From IMG/VR virus record IMGVR_UViG_3300025886_000013: 64,000 nucleotides of DNA; one strand, 5' to 3'. The first letter of the stretch is position 1. Each line of letters starts with the position of its first letter. Origin of the DNA: a virus. Shown piece after piece: positions 40,904 to 50,055 of this stretch. Under the pieces are notes generated by a model. It was not told the origin of the DNA. It did no database searches and was given only the letters and a program-made list of their open reading frames with translations. A program made the position numbers and the translations under genes.

Positions 40904-41374
40904 TTAACTCACGGGTTGAACAATAACACTAAGTTTTTTGTTTATTATATTTACACTTCTTATTGAATAAGTCAACGTTATAAGGACAGGTGCAGCTCCT
41001 GTTATTATGTCGATTTTTCCCATATTATATTCGAAGTCTGACAGTTCTACATACGGCATGCTGCTTGATACTGCTGTTTTTATTCTTGTCATCACTACTT
41101 CGGCAAAGTCATCTTCTGCTAGATTTTCTGTCAACAATGGACGGATGTTTGCTCCTATATTATAGGAACCTAGTCTTTCACCGTTATTCGTTTTTATAAG
41201 ATTTGCTAGATTGTCATTTATTTGTTTTCTAAAATCGCTAGACATTTCAAACAACATCCCCTCGCCTTTTGTGAGTGGTGTTTTTATACCGTAATGCGAT
41301 TCAAAAGTCCTTGAAGTTTTAAGTTCATTTGAGTTTCTTTCAATACCCACATTTTTAAAATTATAACTTGCCAC
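40904..41374 (-). CDS. Baseplate wedge subunit, T4 gp25-like
   Basis: QINDNLANLIKTNNGERLGSYNIGANIRPLLTE..IKTAVSSSMPYVEL; GTG start with SD. Confidence 0.82.
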   Translation of the reverse strand: MASYNFKNVGIERNSNELKTSRTFESHYGIKTPLTKGEGMLFEMSSDFRKQINDNLANLIKTNNGERLGSYNIGANIRPLLTENLAEDDFAEVVMTRIKTAVSSSMPYVELSDFEYNMGKIDIITGAAPVLITLTYSIRSVNIINKKLSVIVQPVS

Positions 41375-41424
41375 ATTTATTCCTTGTTATTAAATATGAT
41401 GAATAAAAATATTATGTTATTAAA

Positions 41425-41895
41425 TTATGCCCAAGTGCCTGTCACGCCAGTTGTTGCGTTTATCCAGACTGAACTTGTTATTGTTTTGTGAATATTTGAC
41501 GACATCTTGCTTGCAATTGTTTCATTGTCATCACCGGTAACTATACCTGCAAATGCGTATGTACCAAAACCAATAGGTGGTGTTAGAGTGTTTGTGAGCG
41601 CAATCGAGTTGACGTCAGTTAATAAAAAAGGCATAAAAATAGTGTCAATTGTCGCAAACGTTACAGGCGGCAACGAAGGTATTATAGCAAAAGAAGTCGA
41701 CAACCCAGAAAGTGTAGCAGCTGCGGCGGCTTTGGATGTAATTGCCATTGTTGAAGAAGGAGGTACTGACATACTTGATATATAATTTGACAATACAGTT
41801 AACCAAGCCTCTGATGCAGTGATCGTCGACGAAAATTCAGAATTAAAAACTATATCTAATAAGTCTTGTTTTAAATTTTCCTGTGATAATGGCAT
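41425..41895 (-). CDS. Hypothetical baseplate-region protein
   Basis: 156 aa ORF between spike-like and gp25-like genes. Confidence 0.5.
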   Translation of the reverse strand: MPLSQENLKQDLLDIVFNSEFSSTITASEAWLTVLSNYISSMSVPPSSTMAITSKAAAAATLSGLSTSFAIIPSLPPVTFATIDTIFMPFLLTDVNSIALTNTLTPPIGFGTYAFAGIVTGDDNETIASKMSSNIHKTITSSVWINATTGVTGTWA

Positions 41896-43206
41896 TTAAT
41901 CGTGCTCTACTGAAATGCTTTCTATTTCTGACAGTCTTTTGACCCATATAGCTATTGCAGCAATGAATTTCGGATCACCTGCAGCAGGGGCGGGTCCTAC
42001 AGAAGTAGGGATCACTAACTCTTTTAATATATCTGTAAGATCTTCCAAGAGACTTTGTAATTTTTTAGATTTTGTAGCTGGTTCAAGGTTATCATTAGTT
42101 CCAGACAATACAACCCTATCGCTTATAACATTTATCTGTGATGATTTTATACTTATGTGAGACCCACCATTGTTTCTTAGGTGTATTCCACCCTCTGAGT
42201 TTGTTATTACAAAATAGTCAGTAGTTTTTGATGCAATAGTTGGTACATATTTTAAACTTGGGTTTGTAACAAAAGATGTAACATCATCATCAGATATTTC
42301 TGGTTCTTCATCTCCTGCGTCGCCATATATAAATCTATTTACTGAATCATCACCGGCAGATATAAACACTCTTGATGAGTCTTCTATATAATTTGATTCA
42401 CCTTCATTTACATTTTGATCCTCTAATACAGCTCTATCTGTTTCTTCATAGCCTCTTTCATTTTTTCTTGATGAGTTGTAAGAATTTGCCGTTATTCCAG
42501 CAGTTAATTCAATGTTTCCAGCGTTGAGTGAATTATTATTACTTAGCTTAATTGATGAATTGTTACCACCTTGTAATAGAAATTCATTCCCCTTAGGTTT
42601 TACAATAGGAACAGGTTCGCCTATGAAACTCCTAGATGAATGACTGTCGTAAAACGTCAATAATCTCTGTAGATCAACATCATTAGTACTAGTTATGCGT
42701 GGAAAGTCTGGCTCTTTTGTGGCGTCAGTCTGTTCCACTCCCATTGCTATGTCAATATTAGATGAAACTGAGGATGTGTCTTCTGGGTTTATTTCTCTTT
42801 GACCACTAGTGTAGTTTATGTCTTCTAAGTTTGACAATGAAGTTTGTCTAGTTATCCAATAATACGAACCGTTGTCATTAAATACCCATGCCATTTCACC
42901 AGCATTTATAGGTTGTGAAAAATGTGGTGACATAAAAGGAAGAGCATAAAAAACTTTGCTTCCTTTCATGTTCCCTAGACTGTTTATTTTTGCAAATATT
43001 ATTGACTTTCCAGGTAAATAGTCAAACGCTTCTTTGTTATGTAGAAACTTTAATATTGTTGCTTTTCTTTCTGCAGAGACTCTTTTTGGATCGTCTATTA
43101 CATCTACAACATAAGCAGCGAATGTACTTTCAGGGTTTTTATTTAAAGCTTTTCCAACATGTGTTGAAATATCTCTAGTCGCTCTCCTGTAGTCGTCAAT
43201 TCCCAT
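41896..43206 (-). CDS. Baseplate central spike/hub protein (gp5/gpV-like OB fold), no lysozyme domain seen
   Basis: AYVVDVIDDP..YALPF..PINAGEMAWVF..YYW; beta-rich C-terminal half ending IPTSVGPAP; position next to gp25/gp6. Confidence 0.55.
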   Translation of the reverse strand: MGIDDYRRATRDISTHVGKALNKNPESTFAAYVVDVIDDPKRVSAERKATILKFLHNKEAFDYLPGKSIIFAKINSLGNMKGSKVFYALPFMSPHFSQPINAGEMAWVFNDNGSYYWITRQTSLSNLEDINYTSGQREINPEDTSSVSSNIDIAMGVEQTDATKEPDFPRITSTNDVDLQRLLTFYDSHSSRSFIGEPVPIVKPKGNEFLLQGGNNSSIKLSNNNSLNAGNIELTAGITANSYNSSRKNERGYEETDRAVLEDQNVNEGESNYIEDSSRVFISAGDDSVNRFIYGDAGDEEPEISDDDVTSFVTNPSLKYVPTIASKTTDYFVITNSEGGIHLRNNGGSHISIKSSQINVISDRVVLSGTNDNLEPATKSKKLQSLLEDLTDILKELVIPTSVGPAPAAGDPKFIAAIAIWVKRLSEIESISVEHD

Positions 43207-43228
43207 TTTTCGTACCGTTGTCCATGAA

Positions 43229-43597
43229 CTATCCCATTATTGTAGAATAAATATCTTCTGAGTCTATTTTAGAATTATCTTCTTCTGCTTTTGATATTAG
43301 TTCTGCAAGCTTTAACATTTGATCGTTTGACTTGCTCATTCTTTCAAGATATTTAGCAGCTATTGTACCTGCTACTGCATGTTGTGCTGAACCCGATAGA
43401 TCTTTAAACAGATCTGCAAAAAGGAACGATGCACACTCTCTGTCTTTTACAGCATTCTCATATATCTCTTTCCATAAAAACTTTCTTTTGTCTTCTATTG
43501 ATTCAATTGAATCTAATAAATCAGAAAACTGTTTTACTTTTTTATCTTTGTCAGCTATCTTAGTAAGTTCTTTGTTTAATTTTTCTTTTGTTGTCAT
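43229..43597 (-). CDS. Helical protein, candidate small terminase (T4 gp16-like)
   Basis: 122 aa; KYLERMSKSNDQMLKLAELI resembles the gp16 oligomerisation helix. Confidence 0.4.
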   Translation of the reverse strand: MTTKEKLNKELTKIADKDKKVKQFSDLLDSIESIEDKRKFLWKEIYENAVKDRECASFLFADLFKDLSGSAQHAVAGTIAAKYLERMSKSNDQMLKLAELISKAEEDNSKIDSEDIYSTIMG

Positions 43598-44335
43598 TTA
43601 TCCGCCGAAGAATATGTCGAATTGATCATCTTTTTTAATTGATCTGTAATGCTTTCTTATTGATGACATTGAAACAGATAATTGTTTTGGATTTAGCCCT
43701 GAAATGTCTCTAAGATAGACGAACACTGCTCGCTTGTTTAAGAATTCAAGATCTTCTATGCTTGAAAAAAGTGTAATTATTGAGTCAATACAGGCAACTT
43801 CATTGACGCCATCTACTCTATTTTTTATTTCTTCTAATAAAGAGAAAAGGTTTTGTATAGCATTCTCTCTAATCATATGAGCGTCTTGAGACTCTGCTAT
43901 AGAGTGATTCTCGATTGCAACTTTGTCCCTATTGCTCAGTATCTCTGTGTCGTCTATTGATACAGATCTCTTCATATCTCTTGTGTTCTTTTTTGACTGT
44001 ATAATAAGCCAGTTCTTGGCTACAACGTTAAAATAAGAAAAAGCCTTAGAACCTTTTGAAGGATCAAACTTATGAAGCGTCTCGTATAAAAAAGTTACAC
44101 AGTCATTTTTTAAATCTTCGTAAGAACCTGTTAATGATTTAAATCCGTGAATAAAGATAAGATTCTCAACAAGCTTGTTAAAAGGTTGTTTTATTCTAGT
44201 GATATATATCTTGTGCCTTTCTTTTTCAACTGTCTCTGCTTGAAATTCGCAAATTGCATCATGGGCAGGGCGCCCAAAGTACATTTTTGTACCCTTTTTC
44301 TTTCCACGCTTACGAGATATTTTTTTTATTATCAA
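43598..44335 (-). CDS. Phage RNA polymerase sigma factor (gp55-like, putative late sigma)
   Basis: Region-2-like EDLKNDCVTFLYETLHKFDPSKGSKAFSYFNVVAKNWLI. Confidence 0.8.
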   Translation of the reverse strand: MIIKKISRKRGKKKGTKMYFGRPAHDAICEFQAETVEKERHKIYITRIKQPFNKLVENLIFIHGFKSLTGSYEDLKNDCVTFLYETLHKFDPSKGSKAFSYFNVVAKNWLIIQSKKNTRDMKRSVSIDDTEILSNRDKVAIENHSIAESQDAHMIRENAIQNLFSLLEEIKNRVDGVNEVACIDSIITLFSSIEDLEFLNKRAVFVYLRDISGLNPKQLSVSMSSIRKHYRSIKKDDQFDIFFGG

Positions 44336-44661
44336 TTTTCTGCCTGATTTTCATCATCAGTCGTCTCAGTATCTTTATAATCCTCTATAATATAAGTTGA
44401 TATATTTAAAAATGTATTTCTTACGTTATCAATACTTGCTACTACTTGTCTTACTTCCAGACTGTCGAAAAAAACTGGTTTTTCAAGAACTTTTGATATT
44501 TCCATGTATTCCTCGTCTATGGCGTCTAATGCGTTTGTTAGTTTTTCTTCTGTTTTTAGTATTATCATTGCAAATTTAATCGTAAAATAAGATGATATTA
44601 TACTAAACAGTCCAAGCAATCCTATAATAAGCAAGTGATAATGTGAAATAAAATTAATCAT
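44332..44661 (-). CDS. Membrane-anchored hypothetical protein
   Basis: N-terminal hydrophobic helix LLIIGLLGLFSIISSYFTIKFAMII then helical acidic domain; ATGA-coupled to sigma gene. Confidence 0.55.
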   Translation of the reverse strand: MINFISHYHLLIIGLLGLFSIISSYFTIKFAMIILKTEEKLTNALDAIDEEYMEISKVLEKPVFFDSLEVRQVVASIDNVRNTFLNISTYIIEDYKDTETTDDENQAEN

Positions 44662-45829
44662 TTTGTAAAATATTTCTCTGTATTAATTTAGTATATTGCT
44701 CTGAAATAGCATCAAATGAGTACTTTTGTTTTATTTTTTCAGCCAACTTGTTTGATTTTGACTGGATTCCTTTTCTATTTTTGTAAAAATCTTTTGCTTT
44801 CTTTTTAAAGTCATTTTCATTTACTTCTGCCCACTTTGAACCTATTACAAAAATATTGTTATCAATTTTTACTTTATCTACTTCTTTTAATTCATAGTCA
44901 AGCCTAATGAATGAACCAAGATTAAGAAAGTCTAGATGTCCTGACCAGTTAGTTGCTATTACAGGTAAAGCAGATGATGCAGCCTCAAGCAGTGGTAGTC
45001 CAAAACCTTCACCTCTTGTTGCTGAAATTATTGCATTAATGTTTTTGTGCTTGTAAAGAGCTGCGACTTCTTCGGGTGACATGTTTCCGTGTAATAAATG
45101 AATCTTTGGATACTGGCCAACACGAACTTCGCTTATCAAACGACTTACAAGACTTGTAGTTATACCTTTGTCGATTTTTGTTGATCGGCTGGAATTTGTT
45201 TTAAGGACAATACCTACATCTTTGTTATCTTTAAATTCTTCACAAAGCCATTTTACTGTATTAAAAAGATTCTTCCTGTCTGTTGCTGGAGTCATTCCTG
45301 TAAATTGACCGAATACCAAAAAGTTAAATTTAGTATCAATGTTTAAGTTGATATCTATTATGTCTTTGTCAATTGACTCATGATATGATTCACCTACAAC
45401 AGCTATCTTTGTAGTAACTTTGACGCCTGTGTCATAGATAGTTTTCTTAACAAACTGTGAAGGAACTATTACAAGATCCATTTTGTTTATTTTTTCTATC
45501 CATTTTGGGTTGCATTTATCTGTTTCAACTAAAGCAGTGACGCCTACATTAAACTTTGCTAAAGATGTATCCCATTCGTTTGGTAGTTGAACCTGGAACG
45601 ATATATCGAAACTATCCCTTTTTGTTATAGAAGATTCGAGTATTTTACCTATAAGACCATCTTCGGCGTCATGATTTAACAACCAAGGCGTATTTCCCCA
45701 GTTGACTATTTGTGAGGTTGTAACAAAATCATCTCTGTTAAGCAGGTACTTTACTATCTGTCTTGAATGTACGCCATAACCTGACTGACTGAGCAGAGGT
45801 GCTCTAATTACTACATTTTTTCTATTCAT
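44654..45829 (-). CDS. GT-B (family 4-like) glycosyltransferase
   Basis: SQSGYGVHSR; ATRGEGFGLPLLEAASSALPVIATNWSGH; start placed at ATGA overlap (45829) rather than 45847. Confidence 0.88.
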   Translation of the reverse strand: MNRKNVVIRAPLLSQSGYGVHSRQIVKYLLNRDDFVTTSQIVNWGNTPWLLNHDAEDGLIGKILESSITKRDSFDISFQVQLPNEWDTSLAKFNVGVTALVETDKCNPKWIEKINKMDLVIVPSQFVKKTIYDTGVKVTTKIAVVGESYHESIDKDIIDINLNIDTKFNFLVFGQFTGMTPATDRKNLFNTVKWLCEEFKDNKDVGIVLKTNSSRSTKIDKGITTSLVSRLISEVRVGQYPKIHLLHGNMSPEEVAALYKHKNINAIISATRGEGFGLPLLEAASSALPVIATNWSGHLDFLNLGSFIRLDYELKEVDKVKIDNNIFVIGSKWAEVNENDFKKKAKDFYKNRKGIQSKSNKLAEKIKQKYSFDAISEQYTKLIQRNILQND

Positions 45830-47067
45830 AGTGTTGTAATATTCCATGGTTTGTAATCATTCTTCCAGTTGTCTATTGTATCGTTTAAAGAATCATGCCA
45901 TAGATCAACAGTTGTCTGTAGATTAAATTCTGATCTGACGTATTCCATTACTTTCTTTGACATTTTGCGCTTTGTTTCATTGTCATATGAATAGACATCA
46001 TAAAGTGCTGAAGATATGTCATCTATAGATGCGTAGTCTTCGTAAATGTATGGCACTCCTTGGCTGCCAGCAAGTGTCTTCATTGAAACATCTAATGCTA
46101 CGCCGTTTATAGAGCCATCTCTGTGATCAACTACCTGGCGTGTTAGACCACCTGTTTTTACTGCAATTATCGGGATACCTGTTTGCATTGCCTCTAGTGT
46201 TGAAAGCCCGAATCCTTCAGAGTAACTTATATTTACACAAACATCAGATATATTATACAAAATGTTTATTTTATCAAAGCCTAATCTCTCTCTAGAAAAG
46301 AACACACTGTCTTTTATACCTAATTCTTCTGATAATATGAATAGATTTGACCCTTCTTTGTCGTGAGGATCGGTATGCATGATTAGAATAGCATCTTTGT
46401 TTTCTGTTTTTTCTAAGAACTTCTTCCATGCAAATAACAAATCACCAGGACGTTTTCTTCTAGCGTTTCTATTGTTCCAAATAGCAACAAAATGATCTTC
46501 TTTACCTACACCTAAAATCTTCTGTTTATGTTTTTTTATTTCGCTGTCTGTGAGTCTATGAAATATTTCTTCCGGGACTGCATGAGGTATAAAATTAACT
46601 CGTGGTTTGTTAGGTAGATTCTCTGATATCATCTTGTATGTCAAATAAGAATGACAGTTTATTGTATCAGTTGAGTCGTATAATTTTTCATTGAATTTAG
46701 GGAACGGTTCATTGTCCCATACATGCCAATATGCAATTGGACAGACTTGATGTATTTCATCTTCCATTTCCCAAAGCCATATAAAAAATCTTGGGTCAGT
46801 AAAAATAAAAACAAGATCAGGCTTTTCTGTAGCAAGCGTAAGACGTATAAGATCTCTGTTGCCGAAACCGTCAATTGGTTTAATTACAAAATCATCATTA
46901 ATATGAACTGTCTTGTAATCAGAATGTTTCATTGCAGCACCAAACTGTCTGAACGTCCATTCATTCTTTTTTAGAAGCCCGTTAATAAGATGCCGTGTTT
47001 GAGTGCCAACACCCGATGTAGACATCGCGTGATCAGATAAAACTAATATTTTTTTCTTTTTTTGCAT
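45826..47067 (-). CDS. GT-B (family 4-like) glycosyltransferase
   Basis: STSGVGTQTR; NRNARRKR; SYSEGFGLSTLEAMQTGIPIIAVKTGG. Confidence 0.9.
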   Translation of the reverse strand: MQKKKKILVLSDHAMSTSGVGTQTRHLINGLLKKNEWTFRQFGAAMKHSDYKTVHINDDFVIKPIDGFGNRDLIRLTLATEKPDLVFIFTDPRFFIWLWEMEDEIHQVCPIAYWHVWDNEPFPKFNEKLYDSTDTINCHSYLTYKMISENLPNKPRVNFIPHAVPEEIFHRLTDSEIKKHKQKILGVGKEDHFVAIWNNRNARRKRPGDLLFAWKKFLEKTENKDAILIMHTDPHDKEGSNLFILSEELGIKDSVFFSRERLGFDKINILYNISDVCVNISYSEGFGLSTLEAMQTGIPIIAVKTGGLTRQVVDHRDGSINGVALDVSMKTLAGSQGVPYIYEDYASIDDISSALYDVYSYDNETKRKMSKKVMEYVRSEFNLQTTVDLWHDSLNDTIDNWKNDYKPWNITTL

Positions 47068-47093
47068 TTGTTATATTAACCTATCACTTAAAC

Positions 47094-47102
47094 ATTATAT
47101 CA
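47094..47102 (-). promoter_or_regulatory. Extended -10 promoter TGATATAAT upstream of the glycosyltransferase pair
   Basis: TGn-TATAAT preceded by a long T-rich tract, 26 nt upstream of ATG at 47067. Confidence 0.5.
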
Positions 47103-47128
47103 AAAATAAAAAAAATTTAAAATAATTT

Positions 47129-47977
47129 TTAAGGACAATGTGGTGTATCCTTATATGGGCAGAATTGACATGAATTTCTATTTTTCATTGCAAATTCACG
47201 CATGACTGAAGAGATCATATTGTTCATTAACTTTACGCCTTTTGCTAATGTTTTTGGTCCTACAGAGACCGGTACGATATCAACTACATTTCCTACTTTT
47301 CCGCCACGCTTAAGAAGAATAAAGGCACAACGAATATCCTTGAGTTCAATATCATATTTTTTTGAATAAAAATGCTTGTATAAAACTAACTGGGCTTGTA
47401 GAGTAAAGTCTTGTTTCTTGTCCCTTCGCCAACCATACGCTCCTGCTGTTTTCCAGTCAAGTATCCAGTAAACGTGTCCCTCTCCTCTCTTCTTTGGAAC
47501 TTTAATGATAGCATCAACGAATCCCTTAAATTTTACAGGTTTACCTTCGATTGGTTCATAAAGATATTCCTCTGCCTTGACTGTTTCCCAACCTGGGAAC
47601 TCTTTATCAAGATAATCGGGAACCTCCGCCCACATGTTTTCTGCCCATTCACACCATTTTTCTACACCGACATTTGAAGACTTTTTATACCATCCTGGCT
47701 GTTTGTCTACCCATGCTGGGTCGTCGAATCCGTGCTTTTTAAAATCATCTCTGATGTCGTTTAGCAGTTTTTCTTTATTTAGATCTTTTCCTTCAAGCAT
47801 GTTTTCACAGCCTTCGTGAACTGCAGTTCCAAAACCAAGATAAGGTGATGGCTTGAACATATCAATCTTGTCTATTCTTGCAAGCTTGTGCCGCCAACCA
47901 CATTCAGCCCACTCTTTTATTTCAGAGAATGAGACGTGTGATTTACCAGTTGGTAGTACGTATAGTTCTTCACTCAT
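47129..47977 (-). CDS. Cas4/AddB/RecB-like PD-(D/E)xK exonuclease with 4-Cys Fe-S clamp
   Basis: SFSE..ECGWRHKL, GTAVH, FKGFVD, ILDWKT, QLVLY, CQFCPYKDTPHCP. Confidence 0.82.
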   Translation of the reverse strand: MSEELYVLPTGKSHVSFSEIKEWAECGWRHKLARIDKIDMFKPSPYLGFGTAVHEGCENMLEGKDLNKEKLLNDIRDDFKKHGFDDPAWVDKQPGWYKKSSNVGVEKWCEWAENMWAEVPDYLDKEFPGWETVKAEEYLYEPIEGKPVKFKGFVDAIIKVPKKRGEGHVYWILDWKTAGAYGWRRDKKQDFTLQAQLVLYKHFYSKKYDIELKDIRCAFILLKRGGKVGNVVDIVPVSVGPKTLAKGVKLMNNMISSVMREFAMKNRNSCQFCPYKDTPHCP

Positions 47978-48002
47978 TTGATACAGCTCCTTTTATAATA
48001 TA

Positions 48003-49880
48003 TTATACTATAGAGTCTGGTGATTTACATATTTTTATTGAAGGTGTAGGGGTTGTAAAATCTATTTTTTTGTGGAATATCCATCCTCCTGTTTTATTTT
48101 TTAATTCTTCGGCAAGATGCTTTATTTCATCATCACTTACTTCAGACCACGGTTTGTCAAAGAACATATTATTTTCACTAGTGTCATTTTGAGATATATT
48201 ATACATGCTCTGCCAGTGTCTAGACCAATAACCCTTGTAAGTCTTTATTTTTCTTTCAAGGTTAAACCAAGAATAATGAAATACGCCTGGGTATTCATTA
48301 ACGATTCTTTCCATAGCATTTTGATATGATGTTAATGCAGTTTTGCTCCCTTTAAGAGCATCAATTCTTAGAGTGTGCAATTCTTGATTATAGAAATTAC
48401 CGCAAGGTATTGGTTGACCATTGTCATTTCGTATGTAATCACATCCATCTGAACCTTGTTTTGAAAACATTTTTCCATCTTCATCATAGACTCTTAAATG
48501 TGATGGTATCCCATGTGTTATGTAGTTTTTATTCTTGCTTAGTCTCCATTTCCATGGGTTGACATCTATTCTAACTTTTTCTTTTCCTCCCCAATATTCA
48601 ACAACCGGTAAAGCTATTAAGTCCATAGTGTTTGGAAAACTTTCTATAAGATTTATTATTTTTTGTCCGTCTTCCTCGTGAACAATTTCATCTGCATCTT
48701 GTTGCCAGCAAAAATCTGATGTGCATAGTTTTCTGGCTTCAGCTTTCTGTTGTCCATCGAACAGTGCGAATCTAATGTCACTCCAGTCCCTTGGTACCAC
48801 ATACACGTTTATTGATTCGTGGGCCTCAGACAATGACTGTAACCTTTCTAATGTTCCGTCCTTGGAACCACCGTCAACTACAACTACTTGGTCACAGAAT
48901 GAAGCCATGGACACTATAGACGCCTCAAATGGATAACCTTGATCAATACAGTTATATGTAGTTGTATATCCGGATATAGTCTGCTTCTTTATATTGTTTT
49001 CTATTTCACTCCAGAAGAAATTTTGTCTTGACTTAAGATAATCAATAGTATCTTCATTTGATCCAGTAAACCATTTTTCATTTATGTGTTGTGAGTTTTC
49101 ATTTGTTTGAATATCACAACCTAATAGTTTTGCTTCAATTATTATTCGTGGACATGTGTCATTACCTGACGGAAAATAAGATATCCCTCTTGATACTGAA
49201 AGTTCTTGTAAAAATTCATCATGTGTAAGACCTGAAAGTAGTTTATAATCTTTTTTGTTTTCGACACACCAATCAGTAGAAGCCTTTGTATTCTTTATCC
49301 AACTTTGTGAATCTAAAACAACATATTTGTTGTTCTTTTTGTTCTTTGTTAGCTCTTTTATTTTGTCAAAAAATGAAGATGAAAAAACAGATGATAGAAT
49401 AAAACTATTTGCATCTTTCAAGAAAGTGAAATTAGATTCATATATTTTTCTTTGTCCTTCTGACATGAACCATAATGATTTTGCAGCATAATAAAAAGTA
49501 GAAATTAACTGTCCATGTTTTTCATTAGCACAGCTACAGTCTCTATCTTCAATATGATTATGTCTCTCTACTGATCTATATTTGCAAAATTTATAATCAT
49601 ATTCTATGACTGAATACTTTAGATTAGCAATAATAGAGGGCAATAAATCGAGATTAATAGAGGCAAAATTAGTAAAGATCCAAAACTTCTTATATCCTTG
49701 TTCTAACAACTCAATAGTAACGTCTTTAGAATAAACTCTTTGTACATTATATTCAGTATTTTCGAATATAGCTTCAGTAGTTAGTTCAGCTCCACCATTA
49801 ATATCGGAAGAGAATAAGTCAGATACTAAAACAATTTCAGTATTGTCATTTATAGTCAGAGAGTCAAATGGACTGTTCAT
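48003..49880 (-). CDS. Two-domain glycosyltransferase: N-terminal GT-B-like part fused to GT-A (family 2-like) domain
   Basis: N-part GGAELTT..DTCPRIIIEAKLLGC; C-part YTTTYN..VVVDGGSKDGT..WQQDADE (DxD). Confidence 0.75.
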   Translation of the reverse strand: MNSPFDSLTINDNTEIVLVSDLFSSDINGGAELTTEAIFENTEYNVQRVYSKDVTIELLEQGYKKFWIFTNFASINLDLLPSIIANLKYSVIEYDYKFCKYRSVERHNHIEDRDCSCANEKHGQLISTFYYAAKSLWFMSEGQRKIYESNFTFLKDANSFILSSVFSSSFFDKIKELTKNKKNNKYVVLDSQSWIKNTKASTDWCVENKKDYKLLSGLTHDEFLQELSVSRGISYFPSGNDTCPRIIIEAKLLGCDIQTNENSQHINEKWFTGSNEDTIDYLKSRQNFFWSEIENNIKKQTISGYTTTYNCIDQGYPFEASIVSMASFCDQVVVVDGGSKDGTLERLQSLSEAHESINVYVVPRDWSDIRFALFDGQQKAEARKLCTSDFCWQQDADEIVHEEDGQKIINLIESFPNTMDLIALPVVEYWGGKEKVRIDVNPWKWRLSKNKNYITHGIPSHLRVYDEDGKMFSKQGSDGCDYIRNDNGQPIPCGNFYNQELHTLRIDALKGSKTALTSYQNAMERIVNEYPGVFHYSWFNLERKIKTYKGYWSRHWQSMYNISQNDTSENNMFFDKPWSEVSDDEIKHLAEELKNKTGGWIFHKKIDFTTPTPSIKICKSPDSIV

Positions 49881-50005
49881 TACAGATCACCTCTTACAGA
49901 TAATACTGTATACTGATTTATTGTATTAATATTTTTTATGTTTGTGAGTGTAACGAACAATTACATTTTTTAATAAACAATACGAGTATCACTGATATAA
50001 TAAAA

Positions 50006-50055
50006 GGGATAGGTTGGGCGGGCTAAGCTAAATCTAAAGCTTGATGGGGCTATCC
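50006..50055. other. G-rich structured element at the 3' end of the fibre gene (possible terminator or G-quadruplex)
   Basis: Outer stem GGATAG/CTATCC, inner stem AAGCT/AGCTT, four G runs on the plus strand. Confidence 0.35.

Noticed and set aside
37853-43206. Baseplate genes as a bacterial T6SS/eCIS/tailocin, or the window as host chromosome
   Set aside because: Portal, terminase, prohead protease, phage sigma and primase are on the same contig with uniform strand and style; no T6SS membrane complex or housekeeping operons.
47129-47977. CRISPR-Cas locus suggested by the Cas4-like gene
   Set aside because: No repeat-spacer array or other cas genes are visible in the window.
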